This document shows positions 34,501-46,500 of a stretch of DNA of 64,000 bases, piece after piece. This DNA comes from Callorhinchus milii (lineage: Eukaryota), in NCBI RefSeq assembly GCF_018977255.1, contig NW_024704750.1:2976001-3040000 (forward strand), written 5' to 3'. Within the stretch, counting starts at the first letter, position 1. Each line of letters begins with the position of its first letter. A model generated the notes under the pieces. It saw only the letters and a list, made by a program, of their open reading frames with translations, made no database searches and had not been told where the DNA came from. The translations under genes were made by a program, and so were the position numbers.

Positions 34501-37500
34501 CTACTCTCACCCTCTGGAACTCTATCCCGCAGTCCCTCTGCCGCGCCCCCTCCCTTGCCTCCTTGAAGACCCATCTCAAGACCCTCCTCTTTGACGTGCT
34601 TTCGATCTCCCTATTTCCCACCTTTCACCCTCCCCGACCCCCAGCTCGTGTCCGAAACTCTGTCTGTCCAGCGTCTTGGGATGTCCTCCCAACGTGAAAG
34701 ACGCTATACAAATCTAATTTTGTTGTTGTTGCCTGGATTCGTGGGAAGCACCCATGTTCTTCCACTGTTAGCCACATTGTGTAGTTCAGTAGATGTGTAT
34801 AATCATTACACATGACATCATTTGGTTCGGTTAGATATGTATTCACAATACTGCTTCTTTATGTTTTAAAATATAAAAAATTGAGATCAGTTGGACTCTT
34901 TCTGGCACGGCTCAGTTTGAAAAGAAGTGATCATTTTCAGAGTTTAAGGTTTTACAGTAGGCACACTACCCACCTGACTTTAATTTTCCCCCCACTCATC
35001 ATTTAGCTGCAATTTTCTGCTCATTCTAACAACCTTCTTATCTGTTGGTCAGTAATTCTGATTGTGCTTTACTGCATAGACTTCTAAGGGAGATGTAACT
35101 GCTGTTAAAATGAATAGAATTGAAAAGTAAGTAGGACACGAGAACAAACGAGAACAAAATGCTCAATAACGTGAGTCATAGAATATGTACAGTGATGTAG
35201 AAGAAATGAGAAAAGCAGAATCCTTCACACAATCTGCTTTCTTTGTATTCCACTACTTGGCATTTTGTTAATCATCTGGTATGGAAAGGAAGTTGTGTGA
35301 AGAATATAATAATGATCTTTGCATTTGTTATGGTACTTTATCATATTCTCAAAATGTCTCAAATAATTTTACAGGATTTACTGTAGGGTAGTGAGCACAG
35401 CAGCCAATTTGCACACAGCAGTGTCCCACAAACCGCCGTGAAGTGAATGATCAATTTTATCTGGGTCATTGTTGGCTCAGAGAAACTCCTTTCTCTTTTC
35501 AAAAAGTTGTACAGTTGGGAGCTGTAGTTGGCCTGGATGGTGAATCGTCTATTGAGTTGTCCCCCTTTGATTGCTCACGTGATCGCTGCTCAAAGATGCG
35601 TATGTTACAATAGAATAGGTGGAGAATAGGATCGGGCTCACCTATGATTGAATAGTTTGGTAACCCTTATTGTTCAGACTTGCTTGTAACCTGGTGAAAA
35701 GCATTTTTATTCAACAACATTCATCAAAATCCAGGTGCATCAGTTACGTTTCCAGTCGGTTTCTCATGACTGCCAGAAACGCAGAAACGTAACTGATGCA
35801 CCTAAACCTGCTTATTTTAGCATTTTGTTTTCTGAAAAGTGGCAGATGGCCGAGCAAGTGCTGTTAGAACCATCTGGTGAACAATGAGATCATATCTTGG
35901 TTCAGGGCTGGAATTACTGACTCGCTGCTGGAACGTGGCTTTGCGACTGCATGCTTTCCAATAGCACTTGTAAACGACATCCTTTTCTATCCGAGCCTGC
36001 AGCGTAGCGTAGAGAACCGATTCTATTGTCGTCAGAACTGGGATGAAAACCAATCTCGAGATTTCAAGATGGTTTTCACTCCTCTTCCAGAGGCCACATT
36101 GCTGCTTATCTTTATACTGCAATATGGCAATATAAATTGATGAACCTGTTGTATGTTTCATTGATACAATGGAGATGTTGCAATTGCAGTATCCTGGCTA
36201 TCAGTACTGTGGAATGTGCCCTTTTGCACAGTAAAGATTTAATAAAGGGATGGTTCTGCATTCATAGATTTTGTTCCTTTGTGATTCACTAATTCTTTAT
36301 TCTGTTTTCCAATCATAAAATGTTCATAGCCAATTGCCAGGGTGAGCTGAATATGTTTCTGCTTGAGAATCTGATTGGAGGATAAAAGGAAAAGTACAAC
36401 ATGAAGTAAACACATGGAAAGCAATGGTTTTCGTGTTGTTACAGTGAGATTTCAGTTTATAGGGAATAACAATCTGGCTGGAGTTTTTGCTCAATTGTCT
36501 TTCGGATACAGGGAATACCTATGTAGAATTTACCCCTGGAAGCAAGTGAGATGAAGTCACCGACAAGGTAAACTTTACATGGTCTTTGGAAGAGCCTTTT
36601 TTTTTAATGTTCTTAATTTTTCATCCAATATACTACTGGCTAAATTTATTGGGCAAATGTGGATTGATTGGATGGGAAGCCTGTGAAGTTAATGGAGTAC
36701 TACAATCTGATGGTAATCTCAATGTGACTTTTAAAAATAAAAACAATTTCTCATGCTGGCAACAGCAAAATACCATTTGTTTTAAAACACAATAACCTCT
36801 GTTTTCATGTGATTTGAAATAAGGAATAAAATGTTTTATTTCTCACTTGGGGTTTTAGTTAATTTTTGGCTGGGCTACATTGTTGAGCTGACGGATTGGG
36901 ATGGCGGCTTGTGTGCTGGCAATAAACTCTGTTGTTCTGTAATGAGCTGCTACAAGATGTTCACGAGCTGAACATATCGCTTGATTCAAAACCAACTCAT
37001 TCTTCAGGCTCGATCATTGTCCATAAATTCTGTCAAATGAGGGATCCAATTGAGCTACAGGACTCCACAAGATCTGTCTCATGACCTTCCTCTTCTAATA
37101 AAAGACTTGTGTAGATCTTAACAGAAAGGAGTACTTGTACTTCTGTATGATGTAAAACGCACACTGAGCACTTCAAATCAAAACTGAAGAGTGGAATCAC
37201 TGGAGAGGTGGAGAAATGTACTCCAAACCATTGAAGCAACACCAACACCCTGATCCTGTACTCTCCTGATTTTCACATGCACACTTTTCAGCAGTAACCG
37301 TCATTGAAGCGGAACCATGGCTGGTTTTCATTTCTCTTTTCTTCACATCAGCTAAGGCTCACAAAATCCACATAGTGTGTCAATTGCTGCCTTGAGTAAG
37401 ATTAACTAACTCTGACAAATGGGTGAAGTTGTGAAAGACACTCATCTCTCAGTGAAATAATCAGAAACTAAAGATCTGCCAATGTGGTATGTGTGATTTG

Positions 37501-40500
37501 AGTTGTATTCTGAAAGTGCATTTCTAGAGAGAATTGTGTTTTATTCCTCTTCTCTCTGGGCATCTTTATCACCCTCAAGCGATTTACATTAATCTAAGCA
37601 AGGTGTTGTTCTATTCACCTGAATGCAAATATTTCAACAAAAATGTCCTTCATTTTGGAATTCTATCTTCTAATCATGGAAATTGAGCCTGGCTACAGAG
37701 CATTAGATAATGGCTTCATGTTCTGCTTTTTATCCAGTGAAGAGATATTATTGCAAACAGTTCAGCCTTGATTCAAATGAAATCCCTTGGGTTTTATGGT
37801 AAGTGCTGTGTTTCCATGAACATTATATATACCCTTGTGCATCAATGCAGACTGCTCCCTGCTTTATGTATGATGTGGCCTTACTTGCCTTTGCTCTAGC
37901 CCTCCCCACCCCCCACCCCTGAACATTCATCTTATTATTAATAAATAAATGTGGATTTATTTAGCTCCTCCTACAAACCTGAGTGTAGTAGAGTTCAACA
38001 ACAACAAATTACTTTTGTATAGCACCTTTCCCTTCAGGGGGACGTCCCAAGGCGTTGGACAGTTGAGGATCCGCACCCGATATGGTGGTTGGAATCAGGA
38101 GGGGTGGAGGGCAGGTAAGGTAGGGATAGATGGGTGACCGAAACCTAGGTCGAAGAGTAAGGTCTTGAGAAGGATCTTGTGGAGTCCTGTAGCTCAGTGG
38201 TTAGAGCACTCGCCTTGCAAGTGAGACACCTGGGTTCAATTCCACGCAGAGGGCGAAACCTTGGGCAAATTTCCTTACTCCACACAGAGCCTAATAATAA
38301 TCCCTCCAGAACAAAACAATAATAAATTGGTCATTTTCAATCCACGACTGTTTGTGGGTCACTGCTGTGCACAATTGGCTGCCGCTTTCGCCCACAGATA
38401 TACAGTCAATTTGCTTTACAGTGTGTTCTGTGAAGCGCTTTGGGACGTCCTCCCGACATGAAAAGCACTATATCAAATGCAAGGATTATTATTACTATTA
38501 TATTCTGTGAAGCGCTTTGAGACGCCTAGAAGACGTGAAAAGCACTATATCAAAATGCAAAGATTGAAAGGGCCAAGGGAGCGGCCGAGGTGATGGGACT
38601 GTGGGATGGAGTTCAAAGGATGGAAGCTGATGGTGGGGCGGACAGAACAAGGGACTTGGAGTGGGTCTGAGTGGAGGGAGCAGACAGGTCGTTAATGGGT
38701 TATCGGGTCACAGAGGCAGGTAGGAGCATGGTCATGGAGGGCTTTGGAAGCAGAACAAGGATTTTGAACTCTATCCTCTGGGGGATGGGGATCCAGTAGA
38801 GCCGGGTGAGGATGGAGGTAGTAGGTTAACTTGGTGCAGGAGAGGATACGTGTTGCATAGTTCACTTTGTACTTTGTAAGGAGTCATTAAGCCTTTGGCT
38901 CTTTTTTTGCTTCAGTTTTTATGTTTGCAAATGATTTATGAAATGACATTGGAGTTTTCCTCTTGATCTAAACCAAACTCCGCTCCCTGATTACCCCAGT
39001 CCTTGCCAGACTGCATTGGCTGCCTATCCAAGAGAGGATCGACTTCAAGATCCTCATCCTTGTATTCAAATCCCTCCACTCCTCTGCACCTCTCTGACCT
39101 CTCTCCTCAAAACAGTACCCGTTGCCTTCGTTCCTCCGGGTCTGTCCTCTTTCTCATCCCCTGAGTCCTCCACTCCACCCTCGGCGGCTGTGCCTTCAGC
39201 CACTATGCCCCGAGGCTCTGGAATTCCCTTCCTCACTCCCTTCGCCTCGCCCCCTCTCTCCTATTTTCAGGTCCCTGCTGAAGACCTAGCCCTCCCCATA
39301 GAAGGCCATGTAATCCTGAAAATATAAAGGGATTCTTTTAACTCAGGTGAGTGCTTGGTTGGAAGTTCAGAAGTGGTTTACTGAGCAACTAGCGGACAGA
39401 TTTGAAATACTGTATGTGTGTGAAGATTGGTTGATTGAGATTAGGGCAGAGGAACCATAAAGGAATATGACTAACGCACAGATGTATAGAGAAAAGGTTA
39501 AACAATCTGAGATGCCACGTGTTTTGAGATACAAATAAATGCATCTGAGTTTAACTTTTAGTGCTGCAATTAAAGGAGTATATTCTACTTGATATAAACA
39601 TTGATATCAAAGTTCAGACACAAATCTTAGCTCCGGGAACTAAGTGTAAATTGTATTGCATGCAGTTTCATGGACTTTGCCTGTTTCCACTCTGCAGTTA
39701 TAGATGTTCACTTCTCTTGTCTGTAGTCCATCTGATGTTTTAGTTTGAATTCAAGATAAAGTTTGTTTATTCGAAAGCCCCATCTATTCCCATTTGGGAA
39801 ATAATGAAAGCAGTTTTACCCCAAGGCTTGCTGCCCTGTGTTCAGTTGCACAAGATAATCAAGTGTGGACAATGATGTAGGAAAAGTTGAGTAACTGGGG
39901 GAAAAAAAATGTTTTCCTTGAGGAACAGTTGTGTGCATGAGACAAAGACATCTGCAGTTGATTGTCTAATAGTTTGTGAGTGGATAGTAGCTCGGGTGCT
40001 CACTGCGTGTAAACTAACACTAAATAATGCTTTAAGTGATTGCGGCAATGTTCAGTAGTAATTACTGCATGTAAAATTATAGATGTTAAAATTATAGGGA
40101 CTCCACATTCATCTTCACTTAGTAAGACTTGAAGTTTATTTTTCTAGTTTTTCCTCCTTTGTGGCGTCGTCCCCCGTGTACACCGTTACTCCGTTCTAGG
40201 TTCCCATTGTATATCGTTGCCCTGCTTAAACGAAAAGGAGATGATCTGAGGAGGTATACACATTACCTTACCGTTCCATGGCGACTGGCTGTTTTTAAGA
40301 AAAGAAACTTCAGAACATAGTCTGGGTTCTTGTTTTTAAAACAGAATAATAATTAATAATACAATTTTCTTCAGATAATCCCATTACAACAGCCAGGGTA
40401 AATAATCAGTGACACAGAGCAGCCACAGGATTGAAGTTTTTTTTTGTGAGGGTGGGGGGAAAGCGAGTGAGTGTGAAACTGGAGAGACGTTTATTTAACA

Positions 40501-43500
40501 CCCAATGCATTGAGGGGTTGGTTAGATCACCTGATCTAACTAAGTGGTGATTAGTTTTCTAGAAAGTCATTGGATTCAACAAATTTACTTCTGAATCAAC
40601 ATTCACTTCCTCTATAGTTGCTCCAATTGAACACAAAACAGATCATTGCAAATAAGGTAATGTTTGTTGCTGTCTGATTGCGTAATTAGTTTGTGTTGTA
40701 ACGATAGCACTCGTTGTAGATTTATGTGAAATGAATGGCCAACAGCTTTGTATTAAACATTACAAGAATTTCTTTGCATTCTTGATACATTATTCCTGAC
40801 ACCTGACTGATTAGTTTCTGCTGTTCCAGCATTTGGTGTTTCTGTTTTTTCAGGGTTCCCCCCCCCCAAGCATTCACACATGGGTTAAACAATTTGATAG
40901 AAAGTCTCCAAGGAGTGACCTTCTACAGTTAAGATCCTGAGATCTGGAATTGAGTCATTTTTGAAAAAAAATTGTAAAATAACAATTGATTGTTTGAGGG
41001 CCCCGTCTCCTTTTCAGTCAGTGTCATCTTATAAATGTTGGAACTTCAATCTTTGTGTAGGATTGTCAGAGTATTGTCAGAATTTAAAATTTGGGTTACG
41101 GGTGTCTGTTCTTGTCGAGGGCCATTGTGTAAAAGCTTCGAAGCTGAATTCCCAGAACAGGATCTGTGCTGAGCTCTAAAATAACAAATTGGATATGGCA
41201 ACGGCAGCTCCCACCAGCAGAGGCTTTTGTACCCACTTTTGTACATTAAAATACTGTAGTAGTCCGTAAGATCAAATAATAATAATCATTGCATTTGATA
41301 TAGCGCCTTATTAAGTCTTTGAGATGTCTCAAAGCACTTCACAGAATATACTGTAAAGTGGATTGACCATATTTTGTGTGTGAAAGAGCAGATCTGAGCC
41401 AGATTACTAATATCAGAAGCACATAGTTCACTTATTACTAACCTTTTACTCATGCTGTATTATATAGCTTCTCTGCTTAGGTGAAGGATGATTAAATAAG
41501 TCATCAATTATTAACCTTTTATGACATTTTATTGTTTCAATTATACAAATTCAGCTAATTGTTCTGGACTTTCAACAGGTATTGGAAACTTTATAATTCT
41601 TGAAGGAGAAGGCAAATAGTGAATACAGTGTTGAGGAATAATTTCTTCCACATGACAGATTATGAAAGGTTCAGGAATTTACTTCAGTCACGTTGCTTAT
41701 AAGGATCCTACACCGGATTTAGGAATATTTAGCTCATTCCCTTAATTCTGTGCAGTATTTCTCACGAGTCCAATATTCTGGACCAGCGTGGCATTCATTC
41801 AAAGTTAGTGAGTTTTTCCAGCTGAGATTGGGTTTTTGCACATAAACCTTTCATTGGACGTTGTCCATTGCAGAACATGACATTGTCTCTTGTCACAAAG
41901 TTTACTGGTGGAGAATGTCTCAGACCGCTTGTGTTTATCCTCAAATCTGATTCTGTTTGGCGCCTGTTGGCAAGATGGCAAACATGAAAGCTAATTAAAA
42001 CTAAAATGCGAGTACACAATATTATGTTATCATCTATTAAAATCTTAAACTCGCATGATTGCTTTTTATGAATAAATATATCTGTTTAAAGCCTTTTACA
42101 AGTTTGGATGTTTGATGGCTTTGAATTGTTTTCTGTAACTTAACTGAAGGAAGATCTGTTTGACTTTGTCTGAAAGGAAGAATGCCTTGGTTGAGAAGTT
42201 ATCGACTCAGAATGACACAATGATGTGGTCAAAAAAAGTTTAGCTTTGACCAACTTCTGTTTGTGACTTACTGTTGCTCAAATGCAATTCTAGGCTGGCT
42301 TTAAAGACTTTTAAGGACTGTAAGAAGCATGTGATTATGGTGGGCACTAGGACTTTAAGAAACCCTAAACCAATTCATTTTGCCCGCTGACCCCAGTTTA
42401 TCAAAGTGGCTACACGTATGCAGTTCAAAAGGTAAGTATGTTGAAATCTGGATTGACCTTCACAATTGTTTTTACACCATCTGCATTTTGTGTCCAAATA
42501 ATCTTTGAAATGGCACATGGCTGCCCAACATCAATTGCTATTGGTCATTGAGGACAATTTACACTTATGTTTTGTAAACTAGAAATCGTCCTACAAAATC
42601 TGAAACAAAAACAAGTCGCTGGGAAGACTCAGCAGTTCAGGCAGCATCTATGGAGAAAGGAAAGTGAGTCAGCGTTTCGGGTCCACGATGCTTCATCAGA
42701 ACAGAGTATAGCTTGAGCACTGCTAGTACTTGGTTTGAAAATAATAACCGTGATTTTTAAAATGCCTATTGAAATCTATTACTACACCCCCATTGATCTG
42801 ATCTGACCACTGTTTCTAATGTAAAAAGATTGTACGTAGTGCATGGTGATGAGCAAAACAGGACCCATTATAACAGTGTCTCTCTCTTCCAGTTTCCAAA
42901 TCGTTTAACTGCAGAGCAACCAGTGTAGTGGATATCCCACTGCTTCATTAGTTTTGTTTGAAAACACAAGGCTCAAAAGTTGCTATTCTCTGCTGAGTTT
43001 CAGCCACTGTTCCTATTGGAATGCTACTGGAAAGTAAATATTAGCTGAGCTCCCTCTCTTTCTTTCTCCTTCCACAACATGGTTAAATTCCCTGCCAGTG
43101 TTTATTGTTTAGCCTCTCACACGATGAACAGGCATTTAGGAAAGGCATAGTAGGGAGGTTGGCTGGTGTTTATGGAAATGTCACTAAGCATAAGTTAACT
43201 GCTTCAGAGGAGAAGGGATTAGAAAAATTAAATGAATTACTGTTTTGCTGTATGCCATTTCGCCAGTGAGCAGGAGTTCACTACCTTCATTTTGATTTGT
43301 ATCTTGAATTCCTCTGACACTCTTTAATGGGCCCATGCTTCTCTACCGTCCAGTTTTTATAAATGAGCGTTGGCCACAAGCAAGTGTTGACTGTTTGCCA
43401 GATGCTTGTTTATTTCTCATTCATGCTTTGGCCTGAATAGATTAGATCAAGCAGACAGTATTGCTTTATTAGTTATCTACAACGTGAGAAGAGTATAGTG

Positions 43501-46500
43501 AGAGGAGAAGCAAGCTATTGGTTGCCATCTGTTCACTATATAGTACTTATTGCATTGTGGTGTCACTTTGTAGAAAAACACACAAAAAAGCCATAAGAAC
43601 CAAGCCTATGTTTGATGACTGAGATGTGTATACTTCTGTGTGTACTTCAAAGTAGGGCGATGTCAGCATGCGTCTGGCTCGGTGTGTGAACGACTGAGGC
43701 CTTTGTTTACATATTCTCCTAATGGCCACATATTCTCCTAATGGAAGAGAGATGGTAAAGGGAGGAGCGAGGTATAAACAAACTGCACAAGACACAGCAT
43801 GTTAGGATTCTGATAGTTATGTGACTGGAATTGGGTCTGTTCAGTGCCTCCTGCCAGTTATTCATTCTAAACACGTGGAAGAGTTCTGCTGACTTTGAAG
43901 TATTTATACAATGAGGGTGGATCAGAAAGCTCTTAATTTGATTTTTGACCTTAGCTGGAACCAGTGAATTGTAGTCATTGAAGAAATGTCAGTTCAAAAT
44001 ATGTCGTATATAATAACTTGATCAAGATCCTCACCCTGACCTGTAACTCCCTTCACAGTCTCACTCCTCCCTAGCTTTAAAATCTTTCCCCCCCCTCTCT
44101 GCTCTCCTGATTCTGATTTACTGCTTATCACTTGCTCTATTTCATTATTAGTGGTCAAGGTTTCAGACTCTCTTATCCTGTTTCCGGGCACTCTCTCTAC
44201 AAATCCATTTGTTTTGCGCCTTACAGCACTTTCATCAAAACACTTCTTAACAACTTAGTGCTTTTAACTAGGCTTCTGTTCTTCGCTCTTCTCCAACTAA
44301 TCTCTGAAGCCTTTCAACAATCATGTTCTCAGTGCAACTGTAAGTGGATGTTGCAGATTAATATAGTAACCCATGACTGCATCATATGTAGATTGATTTG
44401 CATTTTCTTTCAAATTAAAACCAGTTGTACTACAGTGTAATTGGAAAAGAATGCATAATGTGTACAAATAATGGAGAAATAGTGTTTTGTAACCATTTGT
44501 AGCTCTTGTTCATAAATTATCTGTGATAGCTTTTTTTTACTGGGTCATGAGTTATCTATTTACAATATATAACTTACAGTACTGTATTATGTTGTGTTTA
44601 CCGTGCAGTCTTTTGTGTTAACATGCACTTAATTTGAAAACTAAAAGATATTTTAATCCAACCACAATTAGCTTGAAGGTAATGTTCAGATTTATTTCTT
44701 TGTTCATTTTTTGTCTATTTTCTTTCTCAGTATCCATATGCATTTGGACTGCTCCTAGCATCGTGTTGGTGTATTCTTGTGTGCCTGAGCCGACTGTACA
44801 TGGGGATGCATTCCATTCTGGTAAGAGTGAATTACAGACTCTTTAAATGCACTTACTTTCACTTAGAATTGACCTAATCCGGAAGATAGTTCTGGTTTAG
44901 CTGTCCAGAGGTTTGAGGTGTTCATTTTTGACCTAGATGGACAGAACTACTGTTGGTCCATTCTACCAAATACTTTAATTCTGGGTGTTGTAGCACCTCA
45001 GTTTGAAGTCAAATCCACAGGATCTGTTTTGAAGCTGTGAAGTGTTTTGGTCATATCTGGAGTAATGCATATGGTCCAAGTTTCTGCTAAACTTTGCTAT
45101 ATATTTTTGGTGGTTGCTTTAGTTTTGTGGGGCAGTGCACAAATCCAGTCATGTGTTAACACCAAACCAAATTGATGGCACAGAAATTCAGTGTAATTAG
45201 TGCAGTGGCGCCAATCTCCTTCAAGGGCTGCATTAAGTCAGGATCAACACTGCCGATGTTACTGCCGATCATGTTACTTTAATATATGTATGTGTGTGTG
45301 TGTATATATGTATGTATATGTATATATATTGTGTGTATATTTATATATATTATATATATGGCATTTATATGAATCACCTACCACTAGTTTCGGACAAACA
45401 TTTTTAATGTTCTTTTGGGGTTCTCTCGTAACAAATTAACATTTTCGAAAATTACTCAATTATCAACCCTGCCCCATTCCCTTTGTCACTGTAGCCATGG
45501 AAAATAACTTTGACCAATCATTTATTAGCCCTATTGAGTATTTTTATTTTGTGTGGGACGGGGGGTTGAGAAACTGACACTGAGTATTGTGCCCGACTAT
45601 TCTGCTCTTAGCCTGCTGACTGCTTAATGTGGTTTCCTTACAATGTTTTCAGGAGCCACTGATGTGGCCGTGCGCAAAGCTACTTCCCTTTTCAGCTGCA
45701 CATTACTTCTGTTTCAAAATGTTTCTGCTGCAATGTAACAAGGATTATTCGAACCATAACCTTAGATATCTACTTGTATCTGTGCTGAGTTAGCTGATTT
45801 CCAGCAAGGCAGAGTTGGGGAAGCTCAAATTAATTGCAACGTCCCCAAGGAAAATATAACCCAAGTTCATGCTCCTCACCAGTATTCAGTGACCCTGCTG
45901 GTAAGTGCTCATGTAAGGATAAGAGCAGGCCCTGCAGGGGGTTTGTTCTGCAATTTCCTCCCATTTTCCCTGGGTCCACTGCCTGAAGATCTTCCCAAAG
46001 CTTATCCATGAATGATTAGTTGGATTTGGGGTTCCCTGTTGTATTGACTGCCAAGAATTCAGCCATCGTCCAGTTGTGCTGCCAGCCAATCACTTTTCCC
46101 TAGGCAGAAAACTACTTTGCTTTGTACTTAAACTAGACGTTTAGCAGATAGGAAAAGGGATGTAAAAGATTTCAAAATCATCCACTCTTGTTTGGGCAGA
46201 TAATGGGTGTGGAGTTAAGTGGCCACGCTGTACTCAGAGGTATAATTACAATGCTCTTACTTTCTCTCCAATGCCCTTGGCTGTTGTATTTTGGAAGTGC
46301 ATGCCCTCTGCTGGCTGGTTCCCAGTACCCTGTTTGTGCCTATTTGTGTCCAAGGACTACACATTTAAGTTATTCCATTGACTGGTAGATCCTGGGTGTA
46401 AACCCATGAACTCTATAGTTGCTGTGAAGGAGCAATGGCAGAGGCCTGTCTGCAAGTTTGTTTCCTATTTATTCTGTTGGTTGAGGAACATTTCTCTGTA

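Noticed and set aside
38181-38255. tRNA-Ala(TGC)-like sequence (also near 32996 and 47334)
   Set aside because: No proper acceptor stem, and it continues directly into a SINE body and tail; it is a SINE head.
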